Made by a program: the position numbers and the translations under genes. A DNA stretch of 64,000 bases from a virus, in the IMG/VR virus record IMGVR_UViG_3300043772_003377, positions 1-64,000 of that record, one strand, 5' to 3'. Positions 37,039 through 46,048 of this stretch are shown here, piece after piece (the first letter of the stretch is position 1; each line of letters begins with the position of its first letter). The notes beneath the pieces are model-generated. The model saw only the letters and a program-made list of their open reading frames with translations. It was not told the DNA's origin and did no database searches.

Positions 37039-37461
37039 ATGAAACTCAAACAATTAATTAGAGAACATTTATTATTAGAAAAAAGAATAGGTCAGTTGGT
37101 GGATACTCTTGAGGTAACTATGTCCTTCGATTTAATCAAACATATGGGTCATGCAGAACAAAGGTCTATGGGTATTGGTAGGGAAAAAATTGAGGACTAC
37201 GATATGAGGCCTGTAACCAATATGGAAATCAGATACTTCATCGACCTTTTTAAAAGAGATATTGCGGAAAAAATATTAACAGGGGAAATTAAAAATGAAG
37301 AACCTTTTGTCATTAGAAGTTCATCAAAAGGTTTGGCAATTCCTCTTAAACCAATTCATAACGCAGGGACTAATTGGAAATTAGTCGTTTTAACCGTTTG
37401 GAGGGAAAGTAATATTCACAAATTAAAAACATTTGAAGGGCAAGTAATCATTGAGAAATAA
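37039..37461 (+). CDS. Hypothetical protein with a leader motif
   Basis: Starts MKLKQLIREHLLLE; TATTTATA upstream (37026). Confidence 0.75.
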   Translation: MKLKQLIREHLLLEKRIGQLVDTLEVTMSFDLIKHMGHAEQRSMGIGREKIEDYDMRPVTNMEIRYFIDLFKRDIAEKILTGEIKNEEPFVIRSSSKGLAIPLKPIHNAGTNWKLVVLTVWRESNIHKLKTFEGQVIIEK

Positions 37462-37651
37462 AAAAGGGGACAATCGTCCCCTTTGGTTTTGAAATTTTTG
37501 TCTGAGCTTGTGATCTAATCGGTTATCCGCGTAATGAACAAAGGTACCTTCAAATTATTCCATCTTAACGATTGAGGTTTACCACACCTTGAGTTGATCG
37601 TCACTCATTCCGCCGAGTTGTTAGGGTAATCTCGGTTCAACCCTTTTTCAT
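37458..37651 (-). ncRNA. Candidate ~190-nt structured ncRNA with its own promoter and terminator
   Basis: TATATTTG promoter (37656-37663), a GC-richer non-coding stretch with several stems, and terminator AAAGGGGAC/GTCCCCTTT with the T-tract on the minus strand. Confidence 0.6.
37461..37484. terminator. Terminator hairpin (stronger U-tract on the minus strand)
   Basis: AAAGGGGAC-AATC-GTCCCCTTT. Confidence 0.8.
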
Positions 37652-37683
37652 TATACAAATATACAAACTTTTTTTGATTATTC

Positions 37684-38037
37684 CTAATCTTCAATAAAAT
37701 AAATTTGAATGTTAATGTAATTAACACCCCTCATATTAAGATTTGTATTTGTCATAATAAGATAATTTTTTAATTCAAATTCAAATTCTTTGTGATTAAA
37801 TTTAACATCAGAACAATGTTCAAATGAGTAGTTTGACAAATGAAAATCATCCATTTGGTCGTAACAAGTTCTGTCAATATGTTTTGATATAAAATCATCG
37901 CCAAGGGTTATTGTAACATCCACCTGAAGATGAGAAAAATCTTCTCTATATCTTGTAACATATATATTTTCAAAAAACGGATATTGTTTTTTTAAAATGA
38001 TGTTTAATGTCTTTTCGTATCTTTCTTTTTCTGTCAT
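37684..38037 (-). CDS. Hypothetical protein
   Basis: ORF with TATTTATA upstream on the minus strand (38043-38050). Confidence 0.7.
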   Translation of the reverse strand: MTEKERYEKTLNIILKKQYPFFENIYVTRYREDFSHLQVDVTITLGDDFISKHIDRTCYDQMDDFHLSNYSFEHCSDVKFNHKEFEFELKNYLIMTNTNLNMRGVNYINIQIYFIED

Positions 38038-38100
38038 TTTTTTATAAATATTCTATTTTTTTATTAATTGAATATATTTATAAATAAATTGAATTTTCAT

Positions 38101-39585
38101 ATGACGACTATTGAGGGAGTATCGAGTAATTTAAAATATCTTTTTACGGATAAAGGTATTATACAATTAGGTGATTATTATAAAACAAATAATAAAAAAA
38201 ACATTATAGAATATTCATTTGAAAATCTCCATATCGCGCTAGACATATTAAAAGAACATAAAGAACTTTATTACAAATTAAACAAAATTTCAGTTACAGA
38301 ATACGTTAATTCTTCAAGAAAATTTCTTTATGAATTAATGGAAACTTTCAATTTAAAAGATAATATCAGTATTATTAAAGAATGGGAAGAAAAGTTCGGT
38401 TCAAAACTTTTATTACTAAATGAATCGACCGATAAATTATTAATAGAAGAAAGAGTTAATAATTCTTGGGAGTCAATAAGAACTATGTTGGAAGAAGCGA
38501 CTTGGAATCCTTTTAGTTCTGATTTTTATTCTAAAGAAAATTTTAAAGGATTGGGGCAAGACATTAAAGGTGCGGTTAAAAGAGTCGATAAATTTGCGAA
38601 AGATACTGCGAAAAGTGCGGTTGATTGGACTAAAGAACAAGGGAGACAAATATCTCAAAAAGGTCTTGGGGGGTATCTTAAAGATAAGGCTAAATCAGTT
38701 TTTAATAGTGTTAAAAATGCCGTTGCTAAAGTTTGGAAATGTCTTACTAATAATCCTATAGAGTGTATGATGGAGGGTCTTAGAACTGCCGCGTTTTCGG
38801 CTTTAGGTATGGGAGCGTTGACCGCATTAACCGTGGCCTTTCCTGGTGTTGGAAATATCCCTGATGCAATTATATTTGGTTCTTTATTGATTTGGGATAT
38901 ATATAAAGCGTTAAGTGGAAAATATGAAAGTGGTGAATATAAATGGAGTTGGACGGATATTATTGTTGATGCGGTTTGTTTAATACTACCGGCGTTAGGA
39001 GGGGCGTTAAAGTCCGCTCTTTCAGGTATTAAAGGTTTTGGGGAACTGGCCGTTAAAGCCTCAACTAAAGGAGGTGTTTTTGCGAAGGCTGTTAATACGA
39101 TTAAAAATGGTATTGGAACTATAATAAGTTTAATAGGTAAAGCAGCCGCTTGGATAGGTCAAAAATTAGGTATTAAATGGTTAAGCGAATTTGGGGGTAA
39201 AGCTCAGAGTTTTATGAAAAATAGTGCTGATGAATTAATTACTAAAGTAAATCAAGGTGTTTCTAAAGTAAAAGAAATACATGGAGTTGCAAAAGAAAAA
39301 TTGGCAACCGCAGGAAAAGAAATCAAACAATTCTCAAAAACTTTACAAACTATGACACCAAAAAGAGTCATTATTAAAAAATCCGGAACCGCGGTATTAT
39401 TAACCGCTGCATTTTGTGCTGCTTTAGGGGTGGACGATCCTTGGATGTGTCAACATAAAGTTGAAAGTGGTCAAGTTAGTGAGGAAGAAATTAATAAAAT
39501 ACAAAACGCAATAAATTCTAAAGGATTTCAAAACCAACTAGACCAATTGTCTGTTGATGATGCGGAAAAATTAGGATTAATATAA
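38101..39585 (+). CDS. Putative membrane-inserting virion protein with several Gly/Ala-rich hydrophobic helices
   Basis: Hydrophobic stretches AAFSALGMGALTALTVAFPGVG, IIFGSLLIW, IIVDAVCLILPALGG and AVLLTAAFCAALG; late motif at 38075. Confidence 0.65.
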   Translation: MTTIEGVSSNLKYLFTDKGIIQLGDYYKTNNKKNIIEYSFENLHIALDILKEHKELYYKLNKISVTEYVNSSRKFLYELMETFNLKDNISIIKEWEEKFGSKLLLLNESTDKLLIEERVNNSWESIRTMLEEATWNPFSSDFYSKENFKGLGQDIKGAVKRVDKFAKDTAKSAVDWTKEQGRQISQKGLGGYLKDKAKSVFNSVKNAVAKVWKCLTNNPIECMMEGLRTAAFSALGMGALTALTVAFPGVGNIPDAIIFGSLLIWDIYKALSGKYESGEYKWSWTDIIVDAVCLILPALGGALKSALSGIKGFGELAVKASTKGGVFAKAVNTIKNGIGTIISLIGKAAAWIGQKLGIKWLSEFGGKAQSFMKNSADELITKVNQGVSKVKEIHGVAKEKLATAGKEIKQFSKTLQTMTPKRVIIKKSGTAVLLTAAFCAALGVDDPWMCQHKVESGQVSEEEINKIQNAINSKGFQNQLDQLSVDDAEKLGLI

Positions 39586-39611
39586 TAAAAATAAAAATAA
39601 AAATAAAAATA

Positions 39612-40871
39612 ATGAATAAAAATTTAATTATTGAAGAACTTAATAGAGTTAGGTTGTTAATGAATTATGATACAAAAAAAACTTTATCAGAAAATAAAGA
39701 TAAATATTTTTTTGGTGATATTTTAAATGAGGGAACTGGTAACGAAATGATTGAATTGTTATTTAAAGACATTGCAAAAACTGAGGGTTCTGCGGGTTTA
39801 AGAAGTGCGATTGAGTCGGCAATTAAAGATTTTGGAGGTATTAATATTAAGAGTGATAGAAACATTTTTACATTATCTAAAGATGTCGATGAAATTGTTA
39901 AAGCTATGGAAACTGGAGCAATTGCTTCTGCGACTGAAGCTGGTAAGTTAGCCAAATCACTATTTAAAAATGGGGGTAGTATTGAAGTGAAAACCGCCGG
40001 AGCCGACGCAATTGTCGGTATGACATCATTCACAAAAAAATATGTGGGAATGACTAAAGAGGAGATGATTGAGGCTTTAAGTGCTAAATACTCTAAATCT
40101 GAAGCCGAGACTTTATATAATAGATTTCAGCGTAAAAATAAAATACCTGAACCTGTTAAACCTGAACCCGTTAAACCTGAACCTGCCAAAGTTGAGCCTG
40201 TTGATCCTGTAACTTGGAAGACTAAATTAAAAAAATATTTAAAATATGGGTTAATATCGGGAGGTTTATTGCTTTTGTGGCAATGGTTAACATCTGATAG
40301 TAGTCCTTATCCTGATTGTATTAAAGACAAACTAACTGAAGAAGATGCTAAGAAGGTTGGTGATATGGGTCAGGAAGGTTTAATTATTATCACAAAAACT
40401 AATAATCCTGAAATTGATGCCGATGGCGGAGGTATTTTTTATGAGAACGGTACTTTCCAAAGTGCTGGGGGTAAAATTAAAGGTAAATGGTCTGGGGAAG
40501 ATGAAATATTGGTAACATCAGCTGACGGTAAAACTTATAATATATCTTGTGGTAAAGGTGATGAAGATGTTGTAACAACTACCACAACTATTAGTGGAGG
40601 AAAATGGAGAAAATGTAGTGGGACTTATAGTAGAGGATGTTATGAAACTGAACAAGACGGACCTATACATCAAGTTCAAACTTGTATAGGTACAACGTCT
40701 GATGGTAAATTTGGTCCTAAAACCGAGGCGGCTTTAAAACAAAAAACAGGAAAAACATCTTTTACTGATGCGGATATTGAGAAAATTTGTGGCGGTGCTC
40801 AAGAGGATGAAAAAGGTGATGATTGGAAAAATATAGAGCCTGAAACAGGGGATGATAGTGCGGAGGGTTAA
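39612..40871 (+). CDS. Protein with a leader, one TM helix and a C-terminal peptidoglycan-binding motif
   Basis: YGLISGGLLLLWQWL; VQTCIGTTSDGKFGPKTEAALKQ; ends DDSAEG. Confidence 0.65.
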   Translation: MNKNLIIEELNRVRLLMNYDTKKTLSENKDKYFFGDILNEGTGNEMIELLFKDIAKTEGSAGLRSAIESAIKDFGGINIKSDRNIFTLSKDVDEIVKAMETGAIASATEAGKLAKSLFKNGGSIEVKTAGADAIVGMTSFTKKYVGMTKEEMIEALSAKYSKSEAETLYNRFQRKNKIPEPVKPEPVKPEPAKVEPVDPVTWKTKLKKYLKYGLISGGLLLLWQWLTSDSSPYPDCIKDKLTEEDAKKVGDMGQEGLIIITKTNNPEIDADGGGIFYENGTFQSAGGKIKGKWSGEDEILVTSADGKTYNISCGKGDEDVVTTTTTISGGKWRKCSGTYSRGCYETEQDGPIHQVQTCIGTTSDGKFGPKTEAALKQKTGKTSFTDADIEKICGGAQEDEKGDDWKNIEPETGDDSAEG

Positions 40872-40912
40872 ATATATTAAAAATAATAATTAAATGGTAG
40901 AATTAAAATATT

Positions 40913-41971
40913 ATGAAAAAAATAATTAAAGAGCAGAATGAACATAGTATAGATCTAGTTAAAGGTAGGGATATGTATAAATGTCCTTTCTTAATTGGTG
41001 CCGAATTAGGAGATAGTCAAAAATTTGGTAAAGGTGTTATGAGAAGAATCGCGAACAGTGATAGTCCTAAGAAAAATTATTTAGTTGGTGACACTTTAAT
41101 TATAAAGTCAAACTATACTTATGATGTTATAAGAAACAATTCGTATGTTAAACAAGGACTTCCTTGGAAATGTTCTACTATGGGAACGATTGAGGTTAAA
41201 CCTCAATTATCCGCAGACCAACAAAGAAGTGTTGACGATAAGATTAGTTTTTATAAATCTGAAGACGGCCAACCTTTATATCAAAAAGAAACTCCTACTG
41301 CGGATCAAATGAATGACTTTGAAAAAATTAATTTAAAAGATGACCCAAATTTTAAAGAATTAATAAAGTTCGATTATTTTATTTGGAAAAGAAAAGGTTT
41401 AAGACAAACTGAAGGTCCCCAACAAAGGGCAATTATTAAAACTTTTACAGATCAAGGTTATCTTGATAAGGGAGGTAAAATAAATCCTGCTGAGGAAGAT
41501 ATGTACGAAGTTATTGACCTTAGCACCGTATATCCTACAGAATTTACTAAACCTTATAAAGTATATAGAAAATTAGAATCTGCGGATACTAATAAAATAG
41601 TAAAAGAACTTGATTCTTTAGTAAGACAAAGAAATTATGGAGATAGAGAATTTTGTAGAAATTTTATTAGAAACTATGATAATGCGAGAAAATTAAAAGC
41701 ACCTGTAAGTGGTCCTCAAATATTAAAATGGAAATCAGGTGTTAAAATGTGTAAACAAAAAAATACAAATTTCTTAGATTTAAATATAACTAACAGAATT
41801 CTAAAAAAATTAGAGACCGATACCGGAAAATATGGTATTTCAGATAACGCGACTCCAGCAAACCAACAATCTATGAACGAATCTTTTTATAATTCAAATA
41901 AAATTTTAAAATCAAGAATCCATAATATGTTACTGGAGACTTATTATAAAAAAAAATATAACAAAAAATGA
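40913..41971 (+). CDS. Hypothetical protein
   Basis: ORF in the operon; starts MKKIIKE. Confidence 0.75.
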   Translation: MKKIIKEQNEHSIDLVKGRDMYKCPFLIGAELGDSQKFGKGVMRRIANSDSPKKNYLVGDTLIIKSNYTYDVIRNNSYVKQGLPWKCSTMGTIEVKPQLSADQQRSVDDKISFYKSEDGQPLYQKETPTADQMNDFEKINLKDDPNFKELIKFDYFIWKRKGLRQTEGPQQRAIIKTFTDQGYLDKGGKINPAEEDMYEVIDLSTVYPTEFTKPYKVYRKLESADTNKIVKELDSLVRQRNYGDREFCRNFIRNYDNARKLKAPVSGPQILKWKSGVKMCKQKNTNFLDLNITNRILKKLETDTGKYGISDNATPANQQSMNESFYNSNKILKSRIHNMLLETYYKKKYNKK

Positions 41972-43110
41972 AAAATTTATTTATAATAAACGAAGATGAG
42001 AGAAAAAGAATTTTAGGTCTTCACGAAAATGCAACTAAAAAACAATATTTAGGTGAAGCCAAAATAACTGGTGACCAATATAGCGGAAGAAATATTAAAT
42101 TTGATTCTGAAGATCCGATCACCCAAAGTATTTTTAATCTTGTTCACAATGTATCTGATATTGATGAGACTAAATTAGTTAAGGAAATTCTTAAAATAAA
42201 AGACAAAAATACATTTGTTAAAATTAATAACGAATTAAAGAATGTTTTTAAAATGATGGGGTCTAAATATACTGGTTTGGATAGTGTAATTGCAGATGCG
42301 ATGGATTATGATTACGACCAATATGATACGTATAAAGTATTAGAACCTCACCTAAAAAAAATAGGAATTAATACAGATAGATTGGGGTATGACGACTACG
42401 TTTTCAAAAATCTACCAACTAATACAAGTATGGCGGCAAATCCTGACCAAAATAAAAAAACAGATACTTTAACACCGGCTCAAAGAGAAATGAGTTTCGC
42501 AAGTAAATATGGTCAAACCTATCCTTGTGTTGTTGGTGGTACTAAATTAAAATACACTAAAAATGATGGAGGTTTTTATTATAAACTTGGTGATGTTGCG
42601 TATTATATAAATGGTGAGTATAAAAACCTTACAACAGGATCCAAAGGAACTTTTAAATGTAATGGTAAACAAATTTCATTGGATGGTAAAACAACCGCAA
42701 ATCCTGATGTAACTCCAAAACAAAGAGTTGTGCCAACAACTAGCGACGAATTATTACAAGGTAAAGGGTATTTAAAATTAAATGATAAAAATGATTTGGT
42801 AAAACTAGTTCAAAATCAATTAATAAGTGCTGGAGAAACCGTTACACCATCAGGAATTTTTGACAAGACCACATATGATGCGGTTAAATCATTCCAAAGT
42901 AAACAAACCCCACCATTAAAGACCGATGGAATTGTAGGTAAAGGTACTTGGTTAATATTATCTAAAGTAAAGTCAGAAATGATGACACCTAAAGAAGTTA
43001 CATTAACTAATCCACAACAAAATAGTTCCACAACAAACGATAAATCGGTAACAAGTAATTCAACACAACCAACACCTACAAGTAATCAACCTGATGAAGC
43101 CGAAGGATAA
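41968..43110 (+). CDS. Protein with a leader and a PG_binding_1-like domain
   Basis: VKLVQNQL...G....SGIFDKTTYDAVKSFQ.....LKTDGIVGKGTW; ends PDEAEG. Confidence 0.75.
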   Translation: MKNLFIINEDERKRILGLHENATKKQYLGEAKITGDQYSGRNIKFDSEDPITQSIFNLVHNVSDIDETKLVKEILKIKDKNTFVKINNELKNVFKMMGSKYTGLDSVIADAMDYDYDQYDTYKVLEPHLKKIGINTDRLGYDDYVFKNLPTNTSMAANPDQNKKTDTLTPAQREMSFASKYGQTYPCVVGGTKLKYTKNDGGFYYKLGDVAYYINGEYKNLTTGSKGTFKCNGKQISLDGKTTANPDVTPKQRVVPTTSDELLQGKGYLKLNDKNDLVKLVQNQLISAGETVTPSGIFDKTTYDAVKSFQSKQTPPLKTDGIVGKGTWLILSKVKSEMMTPKEVTLTNPQQNSSTTNDKSVTSNSTQPTPTSNQPDEAEG

Positions 43111-43111
43111 T

Positions 43112-43324
43112 TTATTTTTCTTTAGATAAGACCCTTATAGATTTAGAAATAATTTCTGTCTCCCCAATTGAAAACGCGCCTGAATGATAGGCGTGTTTTA
43201 CTGCTTGTATAAGTATGTATTTTGAAAACTCTTCATTCATATTATTATATAATGTATCAAAATGGTCTTCACTTAATAAGGGTATTGAATTAAATAACTT
43301 TCCGTAAACTTTTTCTTCTTCCAT
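43112..43324 (-). CDS. Small hypothetical protein
   Basis: 70-aa ORF filling the intergenic gap. Confidence 0.65.
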   Translation of the reverse strand: MEEEKVYGKLFNSIPLLSEDHFDTLYNNMNEEFSKYILIQAVKHAYHSGAFSIGETEIISKSIRVLSKEK

Positions 43325-43370
43325 TTTATATAGTTTGTTATATTTATAATAATAAGAACTTTTTATTTAA

Positions 43371-44150
43371 ATGTTAAGAGATTTAATAAAACAAATATTG
43401 AGAGAAGCGACATCTGATAGTACAGGTGCGAGAGGATCGTATGTACTTCCATTACAACCTGGTTTAAGAAAATTTAAAAAAAATGAATTAAAACCTTTTA
43501 CCGAAGAATTATCTGAAATAGATAACGCCGAAAAATATTGGGATAGTTTGGATGGTGATTTAACTAAAACAAAAAATAAAAGATTATCTGAAACCGATAT
43601 TGATAGAATAGTTAAAAATATTTTAGAATCGGATTCTTCCGTGTCTGCCGGTGAATATAGTGGTCCTATAGAGTTAGGTATAAAAAAGTGGTCTAAAAGT
43701 GAATTAGGACCTTTTTATGAGTTTGTTGATACAGAACACAATCATAAGAAGGTTAAGAGTACCACTAAGAATAATATAGAAAGAGAAGTGGGAATGTGGG
43801 AAAAAGGTAAAGATGGTACTTATGATATTGATACCCACCCTGTTCATACCATAAAAGAAGATTTAGCCGTTTGGTTTGGTACTAAAAAGAAACCTAAAGG
43901 TAGTTCACAACCTAAAGGTCCTTGGGTTAATATATGTAAAAAGGTTGATGGTAAACATCCACCTTGTGGTAGACCTGAAGCAACTGATAAAGCGTATCCT
44001 AAATGTAGGGCAGCTGGTGTGGCAGGTAAAATGTCAGATTCTCAAAAGAGAGCGGCGTGTAATCAAAAAAGAAGGGCTGAAAAATCAAACCCTAAACCTG
44101 GTACAGGAAACAAACCTAAAATGGTAAGTTACAAACCTAGAAAGAAATAA
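43371..44150 (+). CDS. Modular protein with repeated leader motifs and a basic Cys-containing C-terminal domain
   Basis: LIKQILRE and LSETDIDRIVKNILE; C-terminal L..WF...WV.I...PCGR.....YPKCR. Confidence 0.7.
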   Translation: MLRDLIKQILREATSDSTGARGSYVLPLQPGLRKFKKNELKPFTEELSEIDNAEKYWDSLDGDLTKTKNKRLSETDIDRIVKNILESDSSVSAGEYSGPIELGIKKWSKSELGPFYEFVDTEHNHKKVKSTTKNNIEREVGMWEKGKDGTYDIDTHPVHTIKEDLAVWFGTKKKPKGSSQPKGPWVNICKKVDGKHPPCGRPEATDKAYPKCRAAGVAGKMSDSQKRAACNQKRRAEKSNPKPGTGNKPKMVSYKPRKK

Positions 44151-44414
44151 TTATAAACTATCTTTCTTTGTTTCCTCTACTCTAACTTCTTCTTTTACTT
44201 CAGTTTTTTTTGGTTTTTTTTCATTAACACGAATTGTGTCATAAAAAATTTTTTTAACTTTAACGGTATCATATACCACTTTTTTATCAACACTGGTGTA
44301 ATCTTTATCTTTTTTAGGGCCTATTATACTGAGTGTCGACATTAAAATTATAAGCAAAATAGGTGTACCAATTAATGTTAATCCTGTTAAGAATATCTTA
44401 TCAAATTTGTTCAT
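44151..44414 (-). CDS. Small membrane-anchored protein
   Basis: N-terminal hydrophobic helix and repeated YDT(V/I) segments. Confidence 0.65.
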   Translation of the reverse strand: MNKFDKIFLTGLTLIGTPILLIILMSTLSIIGPKKDKDYTSVDKKVVYDTVKVKKIFYDTIRVNEKKPKKTEVKEEVRVEETKKDSL

Positions 44415-44814
44415 TTGTGATGTTTTTAAAAATGTTACTTAATGAATGTTTTACGTTAGACCTGATTTCGTCTTCCATTTTCTTTCTACGAGTTTCTACC
44501 TCATTATCAAATGAATTGTATAACCTATCACTTGTTTTAGGTGTTAGTTCGATTGTATAACTATAATTGTGATTTACGATGGTGATGACTCTTTTATCCA
44601 TAATAATAAAGATTTGGTCATCATAACTCTTAATATACCTTTTTCCTGAGATTGGGGAAATTAGTAATTTTGTGGATTCCTTGTTAATCAGGTTCTTACA
44701 AATGCCGATACATTCATACTCATACTCTGATTTAACATACTCTTCTTTGGGGGTTGTTTTTTTTATGAAGGTAATCCCTACTTTTTGGAAGAACCTCTTT
44801 ATTTTGTGTTTCAT
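44401..44814 (-). CDS. Hypothetical protein
   Basis: Start set at ATG 44814, 4 nt after TATCTTTG (44819-44826). Confidence 0.7.
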   Translation of the reverse strand: MKHKIKRFFQKVGITFIKKTTPKEEYVKSEYEYECIGICKNLINKESTKLLISPISGKRYIKSYDDQIFIIMDKRVITIVNHNYSYTIELTPKTSDRLYNSFDNEVETRRKKMEDEIRSNVKHSLSNIFKNITNEQI

Positions 44815-44860
44815 AATACAAAGATACAACTTTTTTTAGAAACTACAAAAAAAAATTAAA

Positions 44861-45340
44861 TTATTTTTTCTTCCATTTACCACCCTTTTCTTTATATCTT
44901 TTTGCGGCGGCACCATTACAATAAGCGCTTGGACATACTTTGTATCTTGATTTAGCCCAAGATAAGCATTGAGACCATAATTTCGGGTTTGTTGGTACAT
45001 TTTTTTTCTTTTTACCTTCTTCCATCATTTCGGGTTCAGAAGGAACCATAACCTCATCTTCCATTTTATGATAACGTTTTGTTTCATTCATAATGAAGTC
45101 AAAAACTTGGTCAAGGTTATTTTTGGATTCTGCTATGTGATCTTGAGCCCAATCGTGACCATTTTCCAATAACTCAGTAACTTCATTTTTATCCAAATTT
45201 AATAACAATTCACATTGTCTTTTCATTTGTTCTAAATTTGAAAAGAACATATATCGAGATGAATCATCATCGTGAGTCTCATTTAGAACTCTTTGAACTA
45301 TCTTAGTTAAGTCCGATTCTTTTAGTTTAATGACTCTCAT
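44861..45340 (-). CDS. Leader-bearing protein with a basic C-terminal PTNPKLW...PSAY..G....YK..GG.W domain
   Basis: MRVIKLKESDLTKIVQRVLNE leader; DUF5872-like C-terminal motif. Confidence 0.7.
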   Translation of the reverse strand: MRVIKLKESDLTKIVQRVLNETHDDDSSRYMFFSNLEQMKRQCELLLNLDKNEVTELLENGHDWAQDHIAESKNNLDQVFDFIMNETKRYHKMEDEVMVPSEPEMMEEGKKKKNVPTNPKLWSQCLSWAKSRYKVCPSAYCNGAAAKRYKEKGGKWKKK

Positions 45341-45642
45341 TATTCTTCGTCTTTTAACATAGTTGTATCCAACATATTTAAATCCAATAAACGTTTGGTT
45401 AAAGTTTTTCTACCTAACTTTCTTAAATATCTAATAACAATAGGAGGAACATCGTCAGAGTACTTTCCAAATAAAGTCGCAATTTCATCTTCTTTTGGTG
45501 TGGATTCATAATCCGCTCTTGATCTTGATGATCTAATACCTCTAGGACCTTTTTCATAAGGAGTCTCGTCTTCACTTTCTTTGATTACTCTTTTTACGAT
45601 TTGTTCTAAATCTGATTCAGTAAGTTTAACAATTTTTTTCAT
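45340..45642 (-). CDS. Leader-bearing hypothetical protein
   Basis: Starts MKKIVKLTESDLEQIVKRVIKE. Confidence 0.75.
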   Translation of the reverse strand: MKKIVKLTESDLEQIVKRVIKESEDETPYEKGPRGIRSSRSRADYESTPKEDEIATLFGKYSDDVPPIVIRYLRKLGRKTLTKRLLDLNMLDTTMLKDEE

Positions 45643-45643
45643 A

Positions 45644-46030
45644 TTAATTTAATGTTTGTTTTGATAACGTTTCTATTTTATTTATCTCATCGGCATATTT
45701 TTTAAAATGATTGGTTGCCAAATCAATATGACTAACTAATTCATCTTTTTTATCTTGAGGCATTTTAGATGAATTTATATTATTTTTTAATGAATCTAAA
45801 TCAATCATTATTTTATGATTTGGCTCATCTAATTTTTTTAATTTAGACATTAATCTTTGTAAACTACTTAAATGTTTGAAGTAAGGAAATCCGTGACCTC
45901 TAAAAAATCCTTTAGCCCCTTGATACAAGTCTTTAACGTCTCCAAATAAATCTTCATTTAAGTTTGGATTATTAACTTCATTTACCAATTTTTGTAATTG
46001 TTTTTCCGTTATTTTAACTGAAGTCTTCAT
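45644..46030 (-). CDS. Leader-bearing hypothetical protein
   Basis: Starts MKTSVKITEKQLQKLVNE; late motif at 46035. Confidence 0.75.
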   Translation of the reverse strand: MKTSVKITEKQLQKLVNEVNNPNLNEDLFGDVKDLYQGAKGFFRGHGFPYFKHLSSLQRLMSKLKKLDEPNHKIMIDLDSLKNNINSSKMPQDKKDELVSHIDLATNHFKKYADEINKIETLSKQTLN

Positions 46031-46048
46031 ATTAATAAATATATTATT

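Noticed and set aside
37615-37645. TPP riboswitch-like AGGGT..CCGAGA..ACCCT on the minus strand
   Set aside because: P3 and the pyrophosphate-binding half are missing, and there is no downstream gene on that strand.
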